From: Ylistrum balloti | Taxonomy: Eukaryota | Reading direction: 5' to 3' | Length of the DNA stretch: 64,000 nt | Assembly: GCF_031769215.1 (NCBI RefSeq) | Contig: NW_026782188.1 | Coordinates: 1,364,001-1,428,000, forward strand | Part shown: piece by piece, positions 39,346 through 52,593 of the stretch | Layout: each line of letters starts with the position of its first letter | Numbering within the stretch: position 1 is the first letter of the stretch | Made by a program: the position numbers and the translations under genes | Notes under the pieces: model-generated | The model's input: the letters and a program-made list of their open reading frames with translations, nothing else | Databases searched by the model: none | Told to the model about the DNA's origin: nothing

Positions 39346-39879
39346 TAGAAAGTTATCTGTATGCTAGGTCTTCCTTCTTATTCTCCTTGTATTTTTTCAG
39401 GAGTCTCTGTAAATCTTTCTTTTGTTCTTATTTTGCCCTAGTTTTATGGAATTTGAGATTGAATTAGGATTATGTTGCCATGTTGGTATTATCTACATGT
39501 TTTTTGTACATGTAGTTCTGATTGAACAGACATTTTGGAAGTCAGGTCACAGTGGAAACTAATTTAAATTTAAACGAGAGGTAGAAATGTTCTGTTTGTA
39601 GAACAAGTATTGATACATAAGTATGGATTTGCTTTGATTAAGTAATTTAATTATGTATTTCCATGACATCAACTTTTCCCTTTAAACTACTTCTCAATAC
39701 CTGGAAAGCCACCCAGGATACTGTATATATTGGCATGTAGTATACTACAATGAAGTGCTGCAAGTTTGTTAAAATTAATTGCTTGGTCCATTTTTCGGTG
39801 AAATAATATTGGGCCTGTAGCCAATATGTTAATATTTGTGACAGTGACTTTCACTGTCTTTATAATTCAGTTACTTTTT

Positions 39880-40150
39880 CTCAAAACTAAAAATCACTGG
39901 GTCATGATAATGTGCCAGTAGAATGCTGGGATGAAGCTCTACAAACTTAGTTGAAATAAATGACATTGACAAAATTTGAAGGTCACATGGGTCAAATGTG
40001 CTAAGAGCTTTAAGTTTCTTTAAAAATATAATCCTTGGTCATAGTGTTTGTATTGTGGCATGCTTTAATTGGGTAACGGAATTTACTGACTTAAGGAAGG
40101 GACAATCTTCATCCTGCATGAAAGCTTCAGAACATGTGAGTGATTAAGGC
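39880..40150 (-). mobile_element. Degenerate fragment of the 145-bp-satellite-carrying element family
   Basis: Reverse-strand similarity to 26754-27730 (GAAGGTCACATGGGTCAAATGTGCTAA; ends GGCCCATTGAGCCTCTGTT). Confidence 0.55.
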
Positions 40151-40779
40151 CCATTGAGCCTCTGTTATACTATTTAATAATCAGATTTGTGCAAATTTTG
40201 TTTCAAATAAAAAACAAATGATGATATTTATATTGTCTTAACATGTGATAAATGCATTTGTAGTACATACCGGTACTCCACAAAACCCCTTGAAAACAAA
40301 TTGGCACAGTATCATCAGGATCAAAACGTGACAAAGATTGATTCAATATTTTTCCTGAATAGTCACAAAATTAATGGTAATGAGTTGTATCTGACAGTGA
40401 GAAGGTCAGGATGATCAGCTATAAGTAAATACCAGACATTATCGGACTGTAAATCTGAAAAACATTTTTAGGAATATCATTGAAAATCAATCCTAGATAA
40501 GTCTATACATATCTTCTATTTCACAAACGACACTTTGTAAACAAATAAAATCCAGACCATGCCATTTCCTTAATTGTATACGTAGGAGTATCTTTGGACG
40601 ATCTGTCATCATAAAAAGGCACATGCACATTACAGGTACTCGATTTCATTACAAATGTATATTCAATAAACCTTAAGCTTGCACTACCCAACTCGCAGGG
40701 TAGTGCAATGTGACCATATTCATTGAAAACACCTAATGATCGGCTTTTCAAATTGCCTTTCATCCATGGTCTGTTGGTA

Positions 40780-41220
40780 AACAATCATTGTTATCACCAT
40801 TTCTTGAGAAGTACCCGAGGAATATTTTTCGAACTATATATGTAGGTCTAGATTTCCCTCTGTCCCCAGATGTGCCCTTTCAATTTTGAGTGTGATCAGA
40901 GAAACAAAATGGCCAACTGGTGGCCATCTTGCATTTTGACAGTTGAATTTATATTGCTCTTTCTACTGTAGTGTTGAAGGTTTCCCATGATCCCAAGTTG
41001 TGCCCACTTAATTTAGAGGCTGATCAGCGAAACAAAATAACAAACATGTAGTAATTTGGGATTTTGAAAGCTTTATAGTTGTTATCGCAATTTCTTGAGA
41101 AGCACTGAATGGATATTTCTGACAGATTCATTTTAGCCCCAAGTTATGTAGATTCAATTTTAAGCCTGATCAAGACATGAAATTCTCGCAGAGAAGACAA
41201 TCTTTTATTTTGACCATCGA
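40780..41220. mobile_element. Degenerate interspersed repeat (AAACAAAATGGCC...GGCCATCTT family)
   Basis: Internal ~130-bp degenerate repeats typical of bivalve satellite-carrying elements; assigned from recall only. Confidence 0.45.
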
Positions 41221-42462
41221 AGTTTGATATGGTCATTTCTTTCATTTCAAGTATTTGTCACCTCAGTTTCTAGTAGTGCTAGTTCAAGTTTGAGTCCAAG
41301 CGTGATGTATTATCATCCATCATCTTCAACGTTATTTCTGTCTCTGGTGAACCCCGTTTATCTGCCCTCAAAAGAATCGTCATCAATCATTGAGGAGTGG
41401 GAATTATAATGTTGATTTTAGTATTGTCTGCCCAGTGGCTTTCCATCTTTTAATTACACAGTCAAGTGACCAAAAGACTCAACCAAAATTTTATTGTACC
41501 GTAATTCTCTTAGCAGTACTGGAGAAGACAGCTTTCTTTTGTTGAATTGATATAATAGTTCAAAGGAAAAGCTGATGGTAGGATGTACAGACTGCTGTGC
41601 TAGGGATACTTCAAAAAACTGAAGAGAATATGTATACTGAAACAGGTAATTTGATGTGAAATATTTCAACACCCTTTTCTCAGTCTTACAGAAAGAACAT
41701 TCTGTTAGTTTACATAAATGACACAAATTGGCCGGTTTTAGAAAAGGAACTTCACGAAACTATTCTACACCTTTCCATCATTTATAAATCACATGACAAC
41801 ATCAATTTTGTTCATAGCATTTTAATTATAAACAAACATTTTACATCAAACAACAAAATGAAAATACTGCACACATTCTTCAGTTTACAATACCTTTCAT
41901 ATATCAACATTCTCTTTCACATCCACAACTAAGAAAAATGGAACTCATATGCACTTTATAGGCTGATTTGTTTTGCTTCTTGATGCCAAGCTTCATCAGG
42001 GCAACTTTAATATAGACCCCGATTCTATTCCTAAGAAATAAAAATTGGGATCTCTTTTTATAATAAATAATTAAGAATCTTTTGATTATCTTTCTCCATC
42101 GAAATTGATATCAATGGTAAGTGATTTTCCAGTCAGATATAAAATTACAACTTTTTAAGAGTTGTTAATGACACAAATCATGGTCAAGATGAAAATTTTC
42201 CTGGTACTATACATGAATTAATAATGTATCCAACAGCACTTGTTTCTCAACTGTATGGAAGGCAGACCTATATACCTATTTTAGATCAATGATTAAGACC
42301 GTTATGAAACCATATGTTAATTGATATATTTCTCAAAATAACATTTACATGTTCAAGTATTGGTCAAATTTAAATTTCATGATCTTTCAGCCGAATAAAA
42401 AGTCAAGGCCATAGTTTTCAGTCAACGAGAACAAATCTTGTCCTAGAATTCCATCACCACTT

Positions 42463-43749
42463 TCAGGGGTTAAATCCACTCAACTTGGCCACTTCATACT
42501 CACTCACTTTCTGAGTGATACGGTGAGATACTTCATAATACTTCTTTAAACAGTTTGTTGTACACAGTGTCTGAAAGGTCAAAGAGATTTTAAATGATAC
42601 ATTGTACTGGTATGTTTGGCATTGAAAAACACACTGTACTTGATAAATACTGGCCAAACTGGTGTGAAAAATACAATCAGCTGATGAGTTATTTAGACAA
42701 AGTGCTGTACGTACTGTATGATGCCTGTCAGGTTTAAGCACACTTACCAAATATGTGGTTTCAAATTCATTAATAACAGAGGTAGAAAAAGTATTCAGTA
42801 GGACAGAAGTTGTGACAGAATTGAAATGTCAGCATGACAATAAATATGATGTTTACCTCAGATTTAGTTACTTTCTTTGTGGTGAAATTGTGGATACAAT
42901 CCACAAAGCAATGCTCTGTCAGTTTGTTATATGTGTCAAAAAAAGCTCTCCACTGAAAAAGAATGATGTTCCAAACTTCAGTAGGAAATTGATTGCTTGG
43001 TACAATTCATGAATTTAATCAACTAAAATAATAGGAAGTGCGTTATTATTAACAGGATTATAATTTTCAAATATACTTTCAAAGAAAACCATAGTGGGGA
43101 TAATGATAAAAGTAGAGAGTATATTTAGGCACTTCTTCAACAGAAATTTCCTAGAATTAGTTCAAACATATTTCATTGACATACAGATTGACAATTTGAT
43201 AAGTCAGTTAAGTTAACTTACACGTATGAACAACTTCTCTTTATAGCATACATATAGTATAACGTTATGTACATTATTTAAGTAACTCGGTATATATGGA
43301 TCAGAGACGTATGTATAACACATGCACTATATGCATCTCTGCATGGATGTACATATACTACATAGTAATAGATACTAGCATACAAAAGGAATTAACTTTC
43401 ATCATATGTCTATATATTTGTTTTAATATGATTGCTATATTTTACAACAAACACAGACTCACTTATACTTTTCCTTTCTGATAAATATTAAATATTTTCC
43501 CAAAATAAAGAATAACTCGTTATCTGGTGTATGCACAAGTCTATAAACTGTACATGTAATAATAATGTTACTTTATGTTTCCAACTAATATTAATGTAAC
43601 ATCATTTTCACAATAATATTTGTTTTTTTTATTGTTCCCAATTCGTGCAGGGATATGCTGTTGTACGTGTGAAGTTATATAGAAATTTCGCAATCTCCTA
43701 CCATATCTTCTTGTTGCTTTAAGCTGGGCTGTACTCCTGTTGCTGCCAT
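42463..43749 (-). CDS. TIMM9: Tim9 small TIM chaperone, paralogue C (83 aa), inverted
   Basis: Exons 43749-43702, 42952-42857 and 42570-42463, phase 0: MAATGVQPSLKQQEDM|WRAFFDTYNKLTEHCFVDCIHNFTTKKVTKSE|TLCTTNCLKKYYEVSHRITQKVSEYEVAKLSGFNP*. Upstream acceptor at 43790 implies a non-coding first exon. Confidence 0.92.
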
Positions 43750-44099
43750 GGTGCCAATTGAAACCTGGAGCGCTTTAAGTATATAATCAGCTGAAACAAG
43801 AAAAAATAGTGTTTTTCTTAATCAAATGAGCTCAAAAGAACTTATGGAGGATAAAATGTCCACACGACACATATAGGCTAATTAGTAAAACCAAAAATAC
43901 GTGTAAATCAACATGGTAGCAGTTACATATACATTGTCGAGACCAGAGATATACTTGTAAATAGATTTCAGTACAAGAAGGAAATTCTCGATCAGAGCTG
44001 AATTTGGACCCAGGGTCCTCCTAGTTCAATGTATCCGTGATTTTATTTTGTCTTGTTAGTTGTGGAACCCTTCGGACTAAGTTCCTTCCAAGTGCAACC

Positions 44100-44330
44100 T
44101 GATGTAAATGCATACATTTTCCTTTCCTGAAATACCTGTACGGTCTTTACTATTGTAAACACATCCACGTGTGTGAAAGGGGACCTTCACACGACAGCCG
44201 ACATTTCCGATTAATGTAAGGAACGATAACTCTGATAAAGAAATGACTTCCGGTGTGTGATTTAGCGTGTTGGTCAGTTGTTGGTATGTAACAATCGAAG
44301 CCATTAAGTTTGGATAACAATCTAATCTTG
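44100..44330. promoter_or_regulatory. Probable bidirectional promoter of Tim9-C (-) and Tim9-B (+)
   Basis: Local CpG enrichment; ETS core ACTTCCGG at ~44236; candidate plus-strand donor TTG|GTATGT at 44283. Confidence 0.5.
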
Positions 44331-45505
44331 ATCTTTTGAAGGCGTTCAGAGCTCAGTCATGAAATTAGCCCTGCTACCTAATATTTCGGAATTGTGTTAG
44401 AGCCGAATGTGGCCACTGTTTCATCACTAGCTGCTTTGTACATCAAACATTACTCAACGTGATGTCTATTATAGAGTGACAAAATCTCACCTCCTGAACC
44501 CACCTACTACATTTAAAATGATATTGGTTTAAAAAAAACACCACAGCCCCCACCCCCGGTTTCAAGAAAGGCACGCAAGTACTACCAATTTGTAGATATA
44601 ATCTCAAAATGTAAGCAGATTAATAAACATTAGTTAATACCGCTACGTTTTTCCCACAATGTAGCATCTAATTCCAAGACTTCTTAAAAAACGATCACCC
44701 ATCGAACACCTGTAAGCTTTGTGAAAAAAATGCAGGAGAGTATATACCGCTTTGTCCAATCGCCTGTCCTTTCGCTTCCAGTCTAATTTTTCTTCACAGT
44801 TAATTAAACAAGGGTCATACAACTCGGTGTATACAAAGGTCATATTAAGATGTACTGTACCAAATTCAGATCGGCCGTAAAAACTCCTTACACAATTGTT
44901 GCCCTTCGTTGAAATCGTATGGATAATAAAGTTGTCTTCTGTATTATTCATCAGTTTTATTGATCGTCTAATTTTTTAAGCAGTATTTCTTCAATATGTA
45001 TTTAAGTTTTAATTGATCCTTTTGTTCTTTCCAAACAGACGATAATTATACTGATTTACAAAATAATTCTGTAGATACAATCGGAATGAAATACATATAT
45101 AGAATATGTTTTACCTTTAATATTACTCTCTCTCTCTCTATTACTTGAAGTAATTACGAAAATACAATAAAATTTTCAAGGCAATCTAGATCTACCGCTT
45201 TATCAAGAGTTTACTGTTATCAATTATAGTTTATTATTTTGTCTTTGTTTTATGTTTTGTATATGTGATGTAAATATGTTATATTTTGTGTCTTTAAACT
45301 GCTGTATCATGTCCATTGGGCATAATGTTGTTATGACTTCATTGATTTTATATCTATTCCAGTAAATATTTGTTTGTTAGGATCAAGTGTCAATAATGGA
45401 CCATACTGTTCATTTACCTTACTCTGTTCTATATAATCAAGGGAGAAACATACATTTAATTTAGTCTTCATGTTGCAGGTAAGGAGCCAAGCCTGATGTT
45501 AACAC

Positions 45506-46533
45506 ATGGCTGCTGTAGAGGCAAATGTATTACAAAAGGACAATGTAAGAATCAATTAAGTTCCTGTCTTTTAATTGTGGTCTTATGTTGTTGTACACAT
45601 TATGTGTACCCATTTCACTGATAAATGTTATATCAGCAATGGCAAATGAAATGACAAGAAGCTGGTTTTTATATTTTTTTTAAATTCTTTGTGTTTATAG
45701 TTACATACATGGTTTTTACAAAGGTACCACCAGCAGTTACTCAAGTACATTGCTCTCTACAATATTTGTGTAATAATTTACATAAAACCTGTTTCTTTCC
45801 AGTGGAAATCCTTCCTATCAACCTACAACAAAGTGACAGAGCATTGCTTCCTGGACTGTGTCCATGACTTCAAAACACGGAAAGTCTCCCCATTAGAGGT
45901 AATAGACTGAGCAGTATTTACAGTAATTAATTGTTAAAACTTACTGAAGTCCTATAGGAATTCTGATTGAATGAACATTACAAACAGGCAGCCAGTCAGA
46001 GTTATATGATTATCTACTTCTGTAAACTAACATGGAAATTTTAAACCTACAGTTGATAAAAGGGGACACCTCAAGTCTTATCTTAACCAGAAGAAATATA
46101 TTGATCTTATTCCAAAGTGATTAATAAGAGATGTGAATATTCATTACTACCATATTAATATGCAATAAGCTCAGGGTGCAACAGCTTACTTCTCACTCAA
46201 AATCAAGTGGTTTGCTTATTACAAGACAAATAATATTGGTTTACAGTTTGTCATATTTTATTGAATATCAATACATAAAGGTGGGTTATTAGGGTTTATT
46301 GTCAGGTAAATACAGGTAGTTTGGATTAAATTTGTTGTTTGTTGTTACTTAAAGTCTGCATAAATGTGTATGTCTCTTCTTTTAATATCTTTTTATTTGC
46401 GTCTCTATCTTTTCAGACATCTTGCGCATCCAACTGTTTACAGATGTATATGAAGGTGTCTCAGCGTGTTGATCAAAGAACCATGGAATTTCAGACAAAA
46501 TATACAAATGATGCAGAGAACACAAAAAGCTGA
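45506..46533 (+). CDS. TIMM9: Tim9 small TIM chaperone, paralogue B (83 aa)
   Basis: Exons 45506-45544, 45803-45898 and 46417-46533, phase 0: [13 protein letters not shown]|[32 protein letters not shown]|[38 protein letters not shown]. Confidence 0.92.
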
Positions 46534-47631
46534 TGAAATATTTACATCAATCAATATGATCTCATTAAACAATGCCATAACGGCGGAGAAAATGAAATCT
46601 GACTACCAATGCCATTAAAACACAAATAATGGTATCTTTCTACATCAAAAGGGAGCACAGGAACCAGTTTCCCCATGTTTACAAGACTTTGTAAATCAAA
46701 TATTTTGTGATATATTTGATTTGATATTGCTTCATATGTTTCGATGGAATGGATGTTGTGTTAAACTATCATATTCCAGTAAAATTGAAATGTATTTTTA
46801 AATAAACTATGAATATAACTCTTTTAATCTTCTAATTTTATTATAAAGATACATATATAGAATAGGCATGGTTTGGATTTCAATACAGGCCAAGTGCGTC
46901 ATTTGACCTATAACCGTGAATGATGATGGCCAATATATCACAGTGTAGATCTTGATGGTGATATTATCCTGTGAATATGGTATTAATCTGTTTAGAGATA
47001 TTACGTATACATAACAGAAGTGGTTAAGAGTGACCATTCACCTTGACCAATAACCAAAATCTAATAAGTTGTAGAACTTGATGGTGTGATAGTTTGGTGG
47101 TGAGTAGAAATGAAATCCATCAACGTGTTTATGAGGTGTTTAGCACACAAACCTTTCATTCCACAAATGGTCAAGAGTGTTGCTTTACCTTGACTGATAA
47201 CCATCAAAATCTAAAAAGTTGTTAGAAGTTGATGGTGCAACACTTTGGTAGGGTAGTAACAAAATTTGTCAGAGGGTTCATTACCTTGTACATCAGCTTT
47301 TTTTAAGTATTACATAGTCACTGAGTATGCCAAAATGTAAATGAAACTAGTGGGTCAATATTCCTATAATATAAGGTAACAAATTCTTGTGTTCAAAAGT
47401 TTCAAAATTCCTCAATGGATATATTATATCAAGTACTGGAGAATGTGTTATGAAATAAAATTGATGTGCTACAACTGTATTGAATTATTCAATCAGTATT
47501 AGAAATCTGTGAAAATCTTATCACCCCGACTTAAAAAAAGTGAATAGTGAACAAGTCTTATTAAAGTATGGTTTTAAAAAGCAAAAATATCCAAGAAAAG
47601 ACATAAGTACTTTTTAACAGAATTTAATAAC

Positions 47632-50600
47632 TTAAAATCTCTCAGCAGATCTTGATGCCACTGTCCGCATTGTTCCATACACTTTAGATGGGGGACTTCC
47701 TGTAAAGACAAAGATAGCAATGTGAACTACAAAATGGCAGTGTATTGAAGTAATGAATAAGTAACATTATCATTATCAAGAAAATATTTCCCATTGTGTA
47801 CCTGAATATCAGTCTGTATGTTATTATACTATTATATGCAGATATATATCTTTTAATTTACTTCATGTGAAACACATTTACACACAGTACATATATACTG
47901 CCCTAAAATTATCAACCCTACCTGGAGATCCCACCAGAAACCCTTCTAGAAATCCCTTCATCTTCCTGACCTAGAGATTCCACCATCAACTACTAGAAAC
48001 TCCACTATCAACCCTTCTAGAAAAACCCCACCATCAACATTACCTGGAGATATCACCACCAACTCTACCAGAAAACCCCACAATCAACATTACCTGGAGA
48101 TATCACCATCAACCCTACATAATTCCTATAAACCTAGTGATCCCCCAATTCCTCTAAACCTGGAAGTCCCACCATCATCCCTACCTAGATGATCACACTA
48201 TCATCCCTGCCTACATGATCCCACCATCATCCCTGCCTACATGATCCCACCATCATCCCTGCCTACATGATCCCACCATCATCCCTGCCTACATGATCCC
48301 ACCATCATCCCTACCTAGATGATCCCACCATCATCCCTACCTACATGATCCCACCATCATCCCTACCTACATGATCCCACTCTCATCCCTACCTACATGA
48401 TCCCACCATCATCCCTACCTACATGATCCCACCATCATCCCTACCTAGATGATCCCACCATCATCTCTACCTACATGATCCCACCATCATCCCTACCTAG
48501 ATGATCACACCATCATCCCTAACTACATGATCCCACCATCATCCCTACCTACATGATCACACCATCATCCCTAACTACATGATCCCACCATCATCCCTAC
48601 CTAGATGATCACACCATCATCCCTAACTACATGATCCCACCATTATCCCTACCTAGATGATCCCACCATCATCCCTACCTACATGATCCCACCATCATCC
48701 CTACCTAGATGATCACACTATCATCCCTACCTACATGATCCCACCATCATCCCTACCTACATGATCCCACCATCATCCCTACCTAGATGATCCCACCATC
48801 ATCCCTACCTACATGATCCCACCATCATCCCTACCTACATAATTATAATTGACACAGACACACCATATTTGCACACCAATGCCCACCTCTACCTGGAAAT
48901 CCACCACCCGAAAAAACTTCTTCCTGATATCATCATCCTACCTTCCTTAGAGATCAAAATAAATCTGAATAGATATAAATTGTATGATACATGATTCTAT
49001 GTTTACACTATTCTTACCTAATATCAAACTGCATATGGCTGTTCTGGCAATTTTAATATTCTGGAAGGATCCTAATATGTGTATATGACTGAAATGAAAA
49101 CAACACACCATGTAATTCTTTTTGACAAATACTATATTATTATATTTTTTGAACAATTAGGATTTATTGTCAATGTCAAGAAAAAGTCCCTATTTCAAAG
49201 GGCGGGCAATATACTTAGTAGTTAACACAGCATTGTTAAGTATTTATTGGCTGATTTTTCTGATCTTGGTGATTTCATACTCACTTATTTGCTAAAACAA
49301 TTCTCGTCTTTGTGACATTTTCTATGGTGAACTTTGTCTTTCCATTCTTGCCGGCCAATCTGCCTATGGCTCGAGCCAGGTGGTCTCCTTTCAGTGGCTT
49401 TACTGATAAAAAGTGAAAATCATACAGTGTAATGCACTGAAATGAACACTACACGATTCACTTTCAACATCAGAGGAAGGAATCTCTTAATTCTTGCATC
49501 AGGTATCAATATATAGGTTCTACCAGTAAAATGAGATTAAAAGTCTACAAAAACAAAATGTTTTTCTTGATATCCAACATCAATCATTGTGATAATAAAG
49601 ACAAGTTCGCTGATGACACCCTAACCACTATCCAGGATGCTGTTTGCAAAGACGGAAAAAACCCTCAAACCAAACAAACTCTCCACTATGCAAAAAATGT
49701 CATACAGAGTGAGGCAACAAATATTCCTCCTGCACTTAACATGTGCATTCCTATGTTTACTTGGTAAAATAAATCTGTCTTCCTCGAGGGGAAAGAGAGC
49801 TCTCACATGTTTTGACAGAGAAAAAGTAATCCATCACCACTGTGTAATGTAGACATGTTTTCTCAACCATCAGAATATTGTAAATTTTCAGCAAAGCCAT
49901 GACATATGCTTACCTAGAATATTACCTTTGCATTCTATAACTCAGTATTCCACTACTTACCATCCTGAACTTGAAACGACTCTAGGTAGAGATCATCCAA
50001 TCTAACAAGTGCTAGAGCATCCTGGAAGATAAAAGAAATCACTAATAGTACATAAATATTTATGTCGTCTTGTCAGAAACATTACATCATATAATAAACA
50101 ACTACAAACTTCTTTGTCAGAAACATTACAAATGTTTTAAGCCAAGAATGTTTTAAAAATAGCTTAGATTTAAATTAACTTTCCATAATATCAAATGCAG
50201 CTCTTCATTAATTAATCTTATTGAAAAAATACCTCTGTACTTTACATTCAAGGTGTAGTTTGTGAGGTAGTACACAATGTATCATTTTACATGGCTAAAA
50301 TTTGTACATATTGAACTACAATAGCTGGAGTTTCCTCTGGCTCCTACACTTTACATTTTAACAAGTAGGTCACAGACATCTGATGTACAATAGTGTAGGA
50401 ACCAAAGGATATGTATATATGTATTACTGGGCCAGATCATAAACAGCTGCTTTGTCAGCCTGATACTCACATCTACTTCATAACCTAGACAAAATGCTCG
50501 GACAAAGTCAGCAGCTTTCTGTAGAGCGCCTATATCCTTTGTATCTTTACATGACTGTAATTAACCACATCATAACAAATCATTACGTACATGTTAATGT

Positions 50601-52526
50601 ATGATCAATATAGTACATGTAATATATTTAGTGAAATGTACATACAAATGGTATGACTTGAGTCCAGTGTAATCTTATTTTCATTTTGAATAAACAACAA
50701 ATATCACAGAAATAATTCAATAAAAGGTATATGATTAAACATTTTGTAAATTTCAGAAAATGCATTTCATATAATATTTCAAAATAGTCCCAATAGTATT
50801 TTTCCAGTAATAAGCCCAGGGACCTACACATAATCTCTGTCAAAAATCATATTGTAAGGTATCCTTGACAAGGATCTAGCATTTGTTGGTAAGTTATATA
50901 AAGAAATTGCTTTAGATAAGGGTTGGTTTGTTACAAGATCTATATGAGCTTATTGCTGAATAAATACAGAAAAAAGCATTTACTGTAAAAGTATACAACA
51001 TTACAGTTAACAGGTAACATGAATCACATGTTCTCATGTAGTACTATATTGTACTGACAATAATCCCCATTTACAACCTTGAAACATCTTATAATCAATA
51101 ATTACCTTGATTTCTACATTTCTGCTTTTCAGATTAAACCTGATCTGCAGATGTAAGTGCTCCACTATTGGTGTGAATATTTTCATCCAGTTTTCTTTTA
51201 GTGGTGTATAACGATTGTTTGGAACAGGTATTTTTCTGATGTCAGTTTTTCCTCCCTAAAGAATAAAAATGTAAAGTTATATAAAAAGAGTTAATCCAAT
51301 ACTGTCCTGTCATGGTGGATTTATTATAGTAAATGTAACATTTTATAGATTAAATTCTATTGTCAAAAAAAAAAGATAAGTTCTGACAGATTTATATGGA
51401 TTATTATGAACTTAAATTATTGACTGTAATAAAAATGTTACCACACATGTACTCAGCCAATGCAAGCTGATGTACATTTTGTATGTGTAACAGTATTCCC
51501 CTTAATTGATCATTAAAACTATCATTATTTTAAACAAGGGCCAGGATAGATTAGTTGGATAGAGCCTCAGGTGTAGATTTGAGGTGTCTGGTTCAAAGCT
51601 CCCTACCCGTGTCCGTTTGTGTTTCTAAGGAAGGTGAAGAGACTGATTTGTTATTTATCAATTGAAGATTTTGCAGACACTTTAAAATGTTCTTCAGTGT
51701 TTTCGAATCACTGATCATAAAAATCTTAACCATGATAACATTTGATTTATGCTAAGCTGAAGAATTACTGGCTACTTCAAGTAGAATGTTGCTGAACAAA
51801 TAAAATTAATTAAACAGATGAATATAACACATCAATGATACTCTAGTTTAATGTCCAAAGCCTCAATATCAATCTGGCATTATTACAATTAGTACTCACT
51901 TATATATTGGTGCTTATGTATCTAGAAGTTGAAATAAGTTCATAAAGTACTTGATAAACTTGACCAGACCTTGTTAAACTGAATGTTTGATACTGGCTCA
52001 TTTGATGTGCGTGTATATATATAAGTACTAGCTTGCCTAAGTAAACTCTGAATCCTACATTACACATACCATACATCCATTTGACATTCTGACAGATAGA
52101 TGTACTTGTACAATGCATGTATATTTTTATTTGACGTGAGCGGAAATTCACGCTAATCAAAGTCTGACTTTATCCTCGACCAGTGTATTTTTCTATAGCC
52201 TTAGTATTCACATCGTGGTAGGCTTATTTACTGCACTGACACTAAATTCATAAAACCCAAGACTTACAGGATATATAAATAACATGTACACATAGTACTT
52301 ATGTATACGGATCAGCGGAACTTACTGTCAGTTTATCACCACTAATGGGTGGGAAATGTGGTCGCTTAGGTGGAGATTCTGTCGTGTCCATCGTCTGTGG
52401 TTGTGATTCAGAAGATTCTTCTTGTAGTTTTCGCTTATTTGGCCTTCGTTTGATTTGTTTAAAGTCTCCATCTTCACTTGATTTAACTGTTTGAAGTGAA
52501 GAGGCACTCTCTGTTGATGCTGCCAT
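47632..52526 (-). CDS. PNO1: RNA-binding protein PNO1 (Dim2, partner of NOB1), 250 aa, 7 exons
   Basis: Exons 52526-52326, 51255-51106, 50554-50471, 50021-49961, 49402-49285, 49088-49018 and 47699-47632 (753 nt, phases consistent). Motifs [94 protein letters not shown] and [20 protein letters not shown]. Confidence 0.97.
48170..48840. repeat. 26-bp minisatellite (ATGATCCCACCATCATCCCTACCTAC) in PNO1 intron 6, with degenerate relatives at ~47900-48170
   Basis: Direct periodicity. Confidence 0.95.
51540..51615 (+). mobile_element. Possible degenerate tRNA-derived SINE head
   Basis: A-box-like GATAGATTAGTTGGATAGAGC followed by B-box-like GGTTCAAAGC; no intact cloverleaf. Confidence 0.3.
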
Positions 52527-52593
52527 TTTCACGTGGTGGTGTAAGAGGAAGTACAGTGAGCGCATGCGTAGTGAAACTAGAAAAAACATCAAC
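52527..52593. promoter_or_regulatory. 67-bp interval between the PNO1 and KPTN start codons (bidirectional promoter core)
   Basis: Contains E-box CACGTG (52530), ETS-like GAGGAAGT (~52544) and NRF1-type GCGCATGCGT (52560); the PNO1 ATG lies in a YY1-like AAAATGGC context. Confidence 0.7.

Noticed and set aside
41454-41726. 90-aa minus-strand ORF downstream of Tim9-C
   Set aside because: No recognisable family and no consistent exon chain; more likely UTR or intergenic.
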